The notes under the pieces are model-generated. The model was not told the DNA's origin. It saw only the letters and a list, made by a program, of their open reading frames with translations, and ran no database searches. A stretch of DNA of 64,000 nt from Antedon mediterranea (Eukaryota > Animalia > Echinodermata), in contig NC_092677.1 of assembly GCF_964355755.1 (NCBI RefSeq), forward strand, positions 20,358,101-20,422,100, written 5' to 3'. Position numbers and translations under genes: made by a program. Below, piece by piece: positions 52,547-64,000 of the stretch (position 1 is the first letter of the stretch; every line of letters begins with the position of its first letter).

Positions 52547-53471
52547 CTTTTAAAAATAAATCAATTTTTAAATCTACAGTACTTCAAATTTTGTGTCCAA
52601 ACAAATCCAAACAAGAGAGCTAATAGCCAAAATATTAAACCATTATTATGCTGTAAAAATGTATTAATATTATTAAGGCCTAGCCTAGGCTGTGACTGTC
52701 ACTTCAGTCACACCAGCTAGCCTAAAAATGCACCAGGAAAGCAATAATTATTATTATAAACACATGCCATTAATTATTTGGTAACAGTTATAATGATTAC
52801 ATTTAGGATTAAGGTAATTAAAGGTTTAACTATTACGAATTTTCTATGTTTCGGCCTAGCTTCATTCTAGGCCCACATTACTGTCACGGTCATCGCGGGC
52901 GTCAACGCACTTTCTAAGCCTATCGCCAAACCGTTAATAATAATAATGCATAAAAGAGTTGCAAAATATGCGAGTTTTACTAAAAACTGAACCAGGCTAT
53001 ATTAACAAAACTAGTATTATTTTGTTTATATAATAATGATGGACTATATTCTAGTTCGTTCTTTTTCTAAAAAAATGAATTATATCCAAAAATAAAGTAA
53101 AGAATACAATGATATTTTCTACTTACGATTGTTTACTATTTCATTACACAGTTTATCTCAACTTCCTGGTTTATGTGCGGGAGAGTATTTCAGTAAAATG
53201 GACAATATCCTCGTTTATTTATTAATTTATAGTAAAGAAACAATAAAATATTTATTTTTTAATTGAACATACACTTTTTTTAATCGTTTAGTTTTGTATA
53301 AAATGTTTTTACTACATAAAAACTGACGATAGCGAAATTTAATTTGGCGTTCGCGAAATAATGGTTTGTAAACAAAAATTATATGTCCGCGCGACTCGGG
53401 GGAGCCTCGTCTGCTAACACTGAGGGCGCTTGACTTTTTCTGATACCTTAACACTAGTTGAAACAGCTGTG

Positions 53472-56400
53472 ATAAAAACACCAAAGTGCTTAGAAAATCT
53501 TCAAATCGCATTTGGAGACGTTTTAGACCATTTTGTGCATTTCGATGAAACTTGGTTACACAAAAACATCAAAGTGCTTAAAATCACATTTTGAGCATTT
53601 CGTTAAAACTTTTCACACAAAAACATCAAAGTCCACAAAATAGCTTAATATCGTATTTAAAAACGTTTTAGACCATTTTGAGCATTTCGAAAAAACTTTT
53701 CCACACAAAACATCAAAGTTTACAAAATAGCTTCAAATCGCATTTGGAGACGTTTTAGACCATTTTGTGATTTTCGAAAAAACTTGTTAACATAAAAACA
53801 CCAAAGTGCTCAGAATACCTTCAAATCGTGTTTTGAGACGTTTTAGACAATTTTGTAATTTTCGAAAAAACTTGTTAACATAAAAACACCAAAGTGCTCA
53901 GAATACCTTCACATCGCATTTTGAGACGTTTTAGACCATTTTGTGATTTTCGAAAAAACTTGTTAACATAAAAACACCAAAGTGCTTAGAAAAGCTTGAA
54001 ATCGCATTTGGAGACGTTTTAGACCATTTTGTGCATTTCGATGAAACTTGGTTACACAAAAACATCAAAGTGCTTAAAATCACATTTTGAGCATTTCGTT
54101 AAAACTTTTCACACAAAAACATCAAAGAGTAATAAATAGCTTAATATGGTATTTAAAAACGTTTTAGACCATTTTGAGCATTTCAACAAAACTTTTTCTC
54201 ACAAAACATCAAAGTGTACAGAATAGCTTCAAATCGCATTTGGAGACGTTTTAGACCATTTTGTGCATTTCGATGAAACTTGGTTACACAAAAACATCAA
54301 AGTGCTTAAAATCACATTTTGAGCATTTCGTTAAAACTTTTCACACAAAAACATCAAAGTCCACAAAATAGCTTAATATCGTATTTAAAAACGTTTTAGA
54401 CCATTTTGAGCATTTCGAAAAAACTTTTCCACACAAAACATCAAAGTTTACAAAATAGCTTCAAATCGCATTTGGAAACGTTTTAGACCATTTTGTGATT
54501 TTCGAAAAAACTTGTTAACATAAAAACACCAAAGTGCTCAGAATACCTTCAAATCGTGTTTTGAGACGTTTTAGACCATTTTGTAATTTTCGAAAAAACT
54601 TGTTAACATAAAAACACCAAAGTGCTCAGAATACCTTCACATCGCATTTTGAGACGTTTTAGACCATTTTGTGATTTTCGAAAAAACTTGTTAACATAAA
54701 AACACCAAAGTGCTTAGAAAAGCTTGAAATCGCATTTGGAGACGTTTTAGACCATTTTGTGCATTTCGATGAAACTTGGTTACACAAAAACATCAAAGTG
54801 CTTAAAATCACATTTTGAGCATTTCGTTAAAACTTTTCACACAAAAACATCAAAGAGTAATAAATAGCTTAATATGGTATTTAAAAACGTTTTAGACCAT
54901 TTTGAGCATTTCAACAAAACTTTTTCTCACAAAACATCAAAGTGTACAGAATAGCTTCAAATCGCATTTGGAGACGTTTTAGACCATTTTGTGCATTTCG
55001 ATGAAACTTGGTTACACAAAAACATCAAAGTGCTTAAAATCACATTTTGAGCATTTCGTTAAAACTTTTCACACAAAAACATCAAAGTCCACAAAATAGC
55101 TTAATATCGTATTTAAAAACGTTTTAGACCATTTTGAGCATTTCGAAAAAACTTTTTCACACAAAACATCAAAGTTTACAAAATAGCTTCAAATCGCATT
55201 TGGAAACGTTTTAGACCATTTTGTGATTTTCGAAAAAACTTGTTAACATAAAAACACCAAAGTGCTCAGAATACCTTCAAATCGTGTTTTGAGACGTTTT
55301 AGACCATTTTGTAATTTTCGAAAAAACTTGTTAACATAAAAACACCAAAGTGCTCAGAATACCTTCACATCGCATTTTGAGACGTTTTAGACCATTTTGT
55401 GATTTTCGAAAAAACTTCTTAACATAAAAACACCAAAGTGCTTAGAAAAGCTTGAAATCGCATTTGGAGACGTTTTAGACCATTTTGTGCATTTCGATGA
55501 AACTTGGTTACACAAAAACATCAAAGTGCTTAAAATCACATTTTGAGCATTTCGTTAAAACTTTTCACACAAAAACATCAAAGAGTAATAAATAGCTTAA
55601 TATCGTATTTAAAAACGTTTTAGACCATTTTGAGCATTTCAACAAAACTTTTTCTCACAAAACATCAATGTGTACAGAATAGCTTCAAATCGCATTTGGA
55701 GACGTTTTAGACCATTTTGTGCATTTCGATGAAACTTGGTTACACAAAAACATCAAAGTGCTTAAAATCACATTTTGAGCATTTCGTTAAAACTTTTCAC
55801 ACAAAAACATCAAAGTCCACAAAATAGCTTAATATCGTATTTAAAAACGTTTTAGACCATTTTGAGCATTTCGAAAAAACTTTTCCACACAAAACATCAA
55901 AGTTTACAAAATAGCTTCAAATCGCATTTGGAGACGTATTAGACCATTTTGTGATTTTCGAAAAAACTTGTTAACATAAAAACACCAAAGTGCTCAGAAT
56001 ACCTTCAAATCGCATTTGGAGACGTTTTAGACCCTTTTGTGCATTTCGATGAAACTTGGTTACACAAAAACATCAAAGTGCTTAAAATCACATTAGAAAC
56101 CGTTTTAGACCATTTTGAGCATTTCGTTAAAATTTTTCATAGAAAAACATCAAAGAGCAAAAAATAGCTTAATATCGTATTTAAAAACGTTTTAGACCAT
56201 TTTGAGCATTTCGACAAAACTTTTTCACACAAAACATCAAAGTGTACAGAATAGCTTCAAATCGCATTTGGAGACGTTTTAACCCATTTTGAGCATTTCG
56301 GTAAAATTTTACACACAAAAACATCAAAGTGCACAAAATAGCTTAATATGGTATTTAAAAACGTTTTAGACCATTTTGAGCATTTCAACAAAACTTTTTC

Positions 56401-59250
56401 TCACAAAACATCAAAGTGTACAGAATAGCTTCAAATCGCATTTGGAGACGTTTTAGACCATTTTGTGCATTTCGATGAAACTTGGTTACACAAAAACATC
56501 AAAGTGCTTAAAATCACATTTTGAGCATTTCGTTAAAACTTTACACACAAAAACATCAAAGTCCACAAAATAGCTTAATATCGTATTTAAAAACGTTTTA
56601 GACCATTTTGAGCATTTCGAAAAAACTTTTCCACACAAAACATCAAAGTTTACAAAATAGCTTCAAATCGCATTTGGAAACGTTTTAGACCATTTTGTGA
56701 TTTTCGAAAAAACTTGTTAACATAAAAACACCAAAGTGCTCAGAATACCTTCAAATCTCATTTGGAGACGTTTTAGACCCTTTTGTGCATTTCGATGAAA
56801 CTTGGTTACACAAAAACATCAAAGTGCTTAAAATCACATTAGAAACCGTTTTAGACCATTTTGAGCATTTCGTTAAAATTTTTCACAGAAAAACATCAAA
56901 GAGCAAAAAATAGCTTAATATCGTATTTAAAAACGTTTTAGACCATTTTGAGCTTTTCGACAAAACTTTTTCACACAAAACATCAAAGTGTACAGAATAG
57001 CTTCAAATCGCATTTGGAGACGTTTTAACCCATTTTGAGCATTTCGATAAAATTTTACACACAAAAACATCAAAGTGCACAAAATAGCTTAATATGGTAT
57101 TTAAAAACGTTTTAGACCATTTTGAGCATTTCAACAAAACTTTTTCTCACAAAACATCAAAGTGTACAGAATAGCTTCAAATCGCATTTGGAGACGTTTT
57201 AGACCATTTTGTGCATTTCGATGAAACTTGGTTACACAAAAACATCAAAGTGCTTAAAATCACATTTTGAGCATTTCGTTAAAACTTTTCACACAAAAAC
57301 ATCAAAGTCCACAAAATAGCTTAATATCGTATTTAAAAACGTTTTAGACCATTTTGAGCATTTCGAAAAAACTTTTCCACACAAAACATCAAAGTTTACA
57401 AAATAGCTTCAAATCGCATTTGGAGACGTTTTAGACCATTTTGTGATTTTCGAAAAAACTTGTTAACATAAATACACCAAAGTGCTCAGAATACCTTCAA
57501 ATCGTGTTTTGAGACGTTTTAGACAATTTTGTAATTTTCGAAAAAACTTGTTAACATAAAAACACCAAAGTGCTCAGAATACCTTCACATCGCATTTTGA
57601 GACGTTTTAGACCATTTTGTGATTTTCGAAAAAACTTGTTAACATAAAAACACCAAAGTGCTTAGAAAAGCTTGAAATCGCATTTGGAGACGTTTTAGAC
57701 CATTTTGTGCATTTCGATGAAACTTGGTTACACAAAAACATCAAAGTGCTTAAAATCACATTTTGAGCATTTCGTTAAAACTTTTCACACAAAAACATCA
57801 AAGAGTAATAAATAGCTTAATATGGTATTTAAAAACGTTTTAGACCATTTTGAGCATTTCAACAAAACTTTTTCTCACAAAACATCAAAGTGTACAGAAT
57901 AGCTTCAAATCGCATTTGGAGACGTTTTAGACCATTTTGTGCATTTCGATGAAACTTGGTTACACAAAAACATCAAAGTGCTTAAAATCACATTTTGAGC
58001 ATTTCGTTAAAACTTTTCACACAAAAACATCAAAGTCCACAAAATAGCTTAATATCGTATTTAAAAACGTTTTAGACCATTTTGAGCATTTCGAAAAAAC
58101 TTTTCCACACAAAACATCAAAGTTTACAAAATAGCTTCAAATCGCATTTGGAAACGTTTTAGACCATTTTGTGATTTTCGAAAAAACTTGTTAACATAAA
58201 AACACCAAAGTGCTCAGAATACCTTCAAATCGTGTTTTGAGACGTTTTAGACCATTTTGTAATTTTCGAAAAAACTTGTTAACATAAAAACACCAAAGTG
58301 CTCAGAATACCTTCACATCGCATTTTGAGACGTTTTAGACCATTTTGTGATTTTCGAAAAAACTTCTTAACATAAAAACACCAAAGTGCTTAGAAAAGCT
58401 TGAAATCGCATTTGGAGACGTTTTAGACCATTTTGTGCATTTCGATGAAACTTGGTTACACAAAAACATCAAAGTGCTTAAAATCACATTTTGAGCATTT
58501 CGTTAAAACTTTTCACACAAAAACATCAAAGAGTAATAAATAGCTTAATATCGTATTTAAAAACGTTTTAGACCATTTTGAGCATTTCAACAAAACTTTT
58601 TCTCACAAAACATCAAAGTGTACAGAATAGCTTCAAATCGCATTTGGAGACGTTTTAGACCATTTTGTGCATTTCGATGAAACTTGGTTACACAAAAACA
58701 TCAAAGTGCTTAAAATCACATTTTGAGCATTTCGTTAAAACTTTTCACACAAAAACATCAAAGTCCTCAAAATAGCTTAATATCGTATTTAAAAACGTTT
58801 TAGACCATTTTGAGCATTTCGAAAAAACTTTTCCACACAAAACATCAAAGTTTACAAAATAGCTTCAAATCGCATTTGGAGACGTTTTAGACCATTTTGT
58901 GATTTTCGAAAAAACTTGTTAACATAAAAACACCAAAGTGCTCAGAATACCTTCAAATCGCATTTGGAGACGTTTTAGACCCTTTTGTGCATTTCGATGA
59001 AACTTGGTTACACAAAAACATCAAAGTGCTTAAAATCACATTAGAAACCGTTTTAGACCATTTTGAGCATTTCGTTAAAATTTTTCACAGAAAAACATCA
59101 AAGAGCAAAAAATAGCTTAATATCGTATTTAAAAACGTTTTAGACCATTTTGAGCATTTCGACAAAACTTTTTCACACAAAACATCAAAGTGTACAGAAT
59201 AGCTTCAAATCGCATTTGGAGACGTTTTAACCCATTTTGAGCATTTCGAT
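53472..59250. repeat. 728-bp higher-order repeat (9 monomers) inside a larger ~2.9-3.7-kb duplication
   Basis: Diagnostic GAGTAATAAATAGC at 54127, 54855, 55583, 57803 and 58531 (steps of 728 within each cluster). Variant ACTTCTTAAC at ~55413 and ~58362. Confidence 0.88.
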
Positions 59251-62200
59251 AAAAATTTTCCACACAAAACATCAAAGTTTACAAAATAGCTTCAAATCGC
59301 ATTTGGAGACGTTTTAGACCATTTTGTTCATTTCGATGAAACAAAAACACAAAAACATCAAATTGCACAAAATGGCTTAATATGATATGGGAAAACGTTT
59401 TAGACCATTTTGAACATTTCGTTAAAAGTTTTCACACAAAAACATCAAAGTCCACAAAATAGCTTAATATCGTATTTAAAAACGTTTTAGACCATTTTGA
59501 GCATTTCGAAAAAACTTTTTCACACAAAACATCAAAGTTTACAAAATAGCTTCAAATCGCATTTGGAGACGTTTTAGACCATTTTGTGATTTTCGAAAAA
59601 ACTTGTTAACATAAAAACACCAAAGTGCTCAGAATACCTTCAAATCGCATTTTGAGACGTTTTAGACCATTTTGTGATTTTCGAAAAAACTTGTTAACAT
59701 AAAAACACCAAAGTGCTCAGAATACCTTCAAATCGTGTTTTGAGACGTTTTAGACCATTTTGTGATTTTGGAAAAACTTGTTAACATAAAAACACCAAAG
59801 TGCTCAGAATACCTTCAAATCGCATTTGGAGACGTTTTAGACCATTTTGTGATTTTCGAAAAAACTTGTTAACATAAAAACACCAAAGTGCTCAGAATAC
59901 CTTCAAATCGTGTTTTGAGACGTTTTAGACCATTTTGTGATTTTGGAAAAACTTGTTAACATAAAAACACCAAAGTGCTCAGAATACCTTGAAATCGCAT
60001 TTGGAGACGTTTTAGACCATTTTGTGATTTTCGAAAAAACTTGTTAACATAAAAACACCAAAGTGCTCAGAAAAGCTTTAAATCGCAATTGGAGACGTTT
60101 TAAACCATTTTGTTCATTTCGATGAAACTTGGTTACACAAAAACATCAAATTGCACAAAATGGCTTAATATGGTATGGGAAAACGTTTTAGACCATTTTG
60201 AACATTTCGAGAAAACTTTTTCACACAAAACTTCAAAGTGTACAGAATAGCTTCAAATCGCATTAGAAACCGTTTTAGACCATTTTGAGAATTTCGAAAA
60301 AACTTTTTCACACAAAACATCAAAGTTTACAAAATAGCTTCAAATCACATTTGGAGACATTTTAGACCATTTTGTGATTTTCAAAAAAACTTGTTAACAT
60401 AAAAACACCAAAGTGCTCAGAATACCTTCAAATCGCATTTTGAGACGTTTTAGACTATTTTGTGATTTTCGGAAAAACTTGTTAACATAAAAACACCAAA
60501 GTGCTTAGAAAAGCTTCAAATCGCATTTGGAGACGTTTTAGACCATTTTGTAATTTTCGAAAAAACTTGTTAACATAAAAACACCAAAGTGCTCAGAATA
60601 CCTTCACATCGCATTTTGAGACGTTTTAGACCATTTTGTGATTTTCGAAAAAACTTGTTAACATAAAAACACCAAAGTGCTTAGAAAAGCTTGAAATCGC
60701 ATTTGGAGACGTTTTAGACCATTTTGTGCATTTCGACAAAATTTTTTCACACAAAACATCAAAGTGTACAGAATAGCTTTAAATCGCATTTGGAGACGTT
60801 TTAGACCATTTTGTTCATTTCGATGAAACAAAAACACAAAAACATCAAATTGCACAAAATGGCTTAATATGATATGGGAAAACGTTTTAGACCATTTTGA
60901 ACATTTCGTTAAAAGTTTTCACACAAAAACATCAAAGTCCACAAAATAGCTTAATATCGTATTTAAAAACGTTTTAGACCATTTTGAGCATTTCGAAAAA
61001 ACTTTTTCACACAAAACATCAAAGTTTACAAAATAGCTTCAAATCGCATTTGGAGACGTTTTAGACCATTTTGTGATTTTCGAAAAAACTTGTAAACATA
61101 AAAACACCAAAGTGCTCAGAATACCTTCAAATCGCATTTTGAGACGTTTTAGACCATTTTGTGATTTTCGAAAAAACTTGTTAACATAAAAACACCAAAG
61201 TGCTCAGAATACCTTCAAATCGTGTTTTGAGACGTTCTAGACCATTTTGTGATTTTCGAAAAAACTTGTTAACATAAAAACACCAAAGTGCTTAGAAAAG
61301 CTTGAAATCGCATTTGGAGACGTTTTAGACCATTTTGTGCATTTCGATGAAACTTGGTTACACAAAAACATCAAAGTGCTTAAAATCACATTTTGAGCAT
61401 TTCGTTAAAACTTTTCACACAAAAAAAAATTGAGTAAAAAATAGCTTAATATCGTATTTAAAAACGTTTTAGACCATTTTGAGCATTTCGACAAAATTTT
61501 TTCACACAAAACATCAAATTGTACAGAATAGCTTTAAATCGCATTTGGAGACGTTTTAGACCATTTTGTTCATTTCGATGAAACAAAAACACAAAAACAT
61601 CAAATTGCACAAAATGGCTTAATATGATATGGGAAAACGTTTTAGACCATTTTGAACATTTCGTTAAAAGTTTTCCCACAAAAACATCAAATTCCACAAA
61701 ATAGCTTAATATCGTATTTAAAAACGTTTTAGACCATTTTGAGCATTTCGAAAAAACTTTTTCACACAAAACATCAAAGTTTACAAAATAGCTTCAAATC
61801 GCATTTGGAGACGTTTTAGACCATTTTGTGATTTTCGAAAAAACTTGTTAACATAAAAACACCAAAGTGCTCAGAATACCTTGAAATCGCATTTGGAGAC
61901 GTTTTAGACCATTTTGTGATTTTCGAAAAAACAACATAAAAACACCAAAGTGCTCAGAATACCTTCAAATCGCATTTGGAGACGTTTTAGACCATTTTGT
62001 GATTTTCGAAAAAACTTGTTAACATAAAAACACCAAAGTGCTCAGAATAACTTCAAATCGTATTTTGAGACGTTTTAGACAATTTTGTGATTTTCGAAAA
62101 AACTTGTTAACATAAAAACACCAAAGTGCTTAGAAAAGCTTCAAATCGCATTTGGAGACGTTTTAGACCATTTTGTGCATTTCGATGAAACTTGGTTACA

Positions 62201-64000
62201 CAAAAACATCAAAGTGTACAGAATAGCTTCAAATCCCATTAGAAACCGTTTTAGACCATTTTGAGCATTTCGAAAAAACTTTTTCACACAAAACATCAAA
62301 GTGTACAGAATAGCTTCAAATCGCATTTGGAGACGTTTTAACCCATTTTGACAATTTCGATAAAATTTTACACACAAAAACATCAAAGTGCACAAAATAG
62401 CTTAATATGGTATTTAAAAACGTTTTAGACCATTTTGAGCATTTCAACAAAACTTTTTCTCACAAAACATCAAAGTGTACAGAATAGCTTCAAATCGCAT
62501 TTGGAGACGTTTTAGACCATTTTGTGCATTTCGATGAAACTTGGTTACACAAAAACATCAAAGTGCTTAAAATCACATTTTGAGCATTTCGTTAAAACTT
62601 TTCACACAAAAACATCAAAGTCCACAAAATAGCTTAATATCGTATTTAAAAACGTTTTAGACCATTTTGAGCATTTCGAAAAAACTTTTCCACACAAAAC
62701 ATCAAAGTTTACAAAATAGCTTCAAATCGCATTTGGAGACGTTTTAGACCATTTTGTGATTTTCGAAAAAACTTGTTAACATAAAAACACCAAAGTGCTC
62801 AGAATACCTTCAAATCGCATTTGGAGACGTTTTAGACCATTTTGTGATTTTCGAAAAAACTTGTTAACATAAAAACACCAAAGTGCTCAGAATACCTTCA
62901 AATCGTGTTTTGAGACGTTTTAGACCATTTTGTGATTTTCGAAAAAACTTGTTAACATAAAAACACCAAAGTGCTTAGAAAAGCTTCAAATCGCATTTGG
63001 AGACGTTTTAGACCATTTAGTTCATTTCGATGAAACTTGGTTACACAAAAACATCAAAGAGCACAAAAGATCTTAATATCGTATTTAAAAACGTTTTAGA
63101 CCATTTTGAGCATTTCGAAAAAACTTTTTCACACAAAACATCAAAGTGTACAAAATAGCTTCAAATCGCATTTGGAGACGTCTTAGACAATTTTGTGATT
63201 TTCGAAAAAACTTGTTTACATAAAAACACCAAAGTGCTTAGAAAAGCTTCAAATCGCATTTGGAGACGTTTTAAACCATTTTGTTCATTTCGATGAAACT
63301 TGGTTACACAAAAACATCAAAGAGCACAAAAGTATTTAAAAACGTTTTAGACCATTTTGAGCATTCCGACAAAACTTTTTCACACAAAACATCAAAGTGT
63401 ACAGAATAGCTTTAAATCGCATTTGGAGACGTTTTAGACCATTTTTTTAGTTTTCGAAAAACTTGTTAACATAAAAACACAAAAGAGCTTCAAATCGCAT
63501 TTGGAGACGTTTTAGACCCTTTTGTGCATTTCGATGAAACTTGGTTACACAAAAACATCAAAGTGCTTAAAATCACATTAGAAACCGTTTTAGACTTTTT
63601 TGAGCATTTCGTTAAAACTTTTCACACAAAAACATCAAAGTCCACAAAATAGCTTAATATCGTATTTAAAAACGTTTTAGACCATTTTGTGATTTTCGAA
63701 AAAACTTGTTAACATAAAAACACCAAAGTGCTCAGAATACCTTCAAATCGCATTTTGAGACGTTTTAGACCATTTTGTGATTTTCGAAAAAACTTGTTAA
63801 CATAAAAACACCAAAGTGCTCAGAATACCTTCAAATCGTGTTTTGAGACGTTTTAGACCATTTTGTGATTTTGGAAAAACTTGTTAACATAAAAACACCA
63901 AAGTGCTCAGAATACCTTGAAATCGCATTTGGAGACGTTTTAGACCATTTTGTGCATTTCGATGAAACTTGGTTACACAAAAACATCAAAGTGCTTAAAA

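Larger units (their letters stand above)
49720..53471 (-). mobile_element. 3752-bp DNA transposon, Chapaev-like (Transib/RAG1-related), internally decayed
   Basis: TIR CACAGCTGTTCCA vs rc CACAGCTGTTTCA. 4-bp TSD ATAA (49716-19 and 53472-75); removal restores the satellite AACATAAAAACACC. Confidence 0.88.
36095..64000. repeat. ~88-bp satellite with several monomer classes (87-88, 77 and 57 bp), interrupted at 36727-37551 and 49720-53471
   Basis: Core ACGTTTTAGACCATTTTG recurs about every 88 bp; ATAAAAACACCAAAGTGCTC at 36421 and 36509. Confidence 0.97.

Noticed and set aside
49715-53476. Assignment as canonical Transib/ProtoRAG or piggyBac
   Set aside because: The TSD is 4 bp ATAA (5-bp flanks CATAA and ATAAA differ), so not Transib/ProtoRAG; it is not TTAA and the termini are CAC, so not piggyBac.
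40488-62395. Short ORFs on both strands in the 88-bp array
   Set aside because: Chance read-through of repeats with mixed frames; no consistent protein.
1-64000. CRISPR-like repeat/spacer array
   Set aside because: Sequences between conserved cores are homologous variants, not unique spacers. There are no cas genes and the context is eukaryotic.

Overview
Eukaryotic, AT-rich heterochromatin-like DNA, probably from a marine invertebrate (inferred from the TE families; species not identifiable from this window). No intact host protein gene was found. Two satellite blocks dominate. (1) A ~260-bp satellite (1 to ~29.6 kb) whose monomer carries, on the minus strand, TATA + A box + B box + T-run, i.e. 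a tRNA-derived Pol III-type cassette. (2) An ~88-bp multi-variant satellite (36.1-64 kb) with a local 728-bp higher-order repeat. Inserted in or between them are two Helentron-type non-autonomous elements (one associated with four tRNA-Val(AAC)-like copies and a CORE/L2-tailed SINE), nested Harbinger-like MITEs, a duplicated ~1.2-1.3-kb spacer with tRNA-Ile-like heads, a frameshifted APE-RT LINE with a 2A-like peptide, and a 3,752-bp CAC...GTG DNA transposon with a 4-bp TSD. That transposon holds decayed exons of a Chapaev/Transib/RAG1-like transposase and has asymmetric bipartite ends whose spacers differ by 10 bp. All coordinates and alignments were read by eye. The short ORFs in both satellites are artefacts of the repeats.
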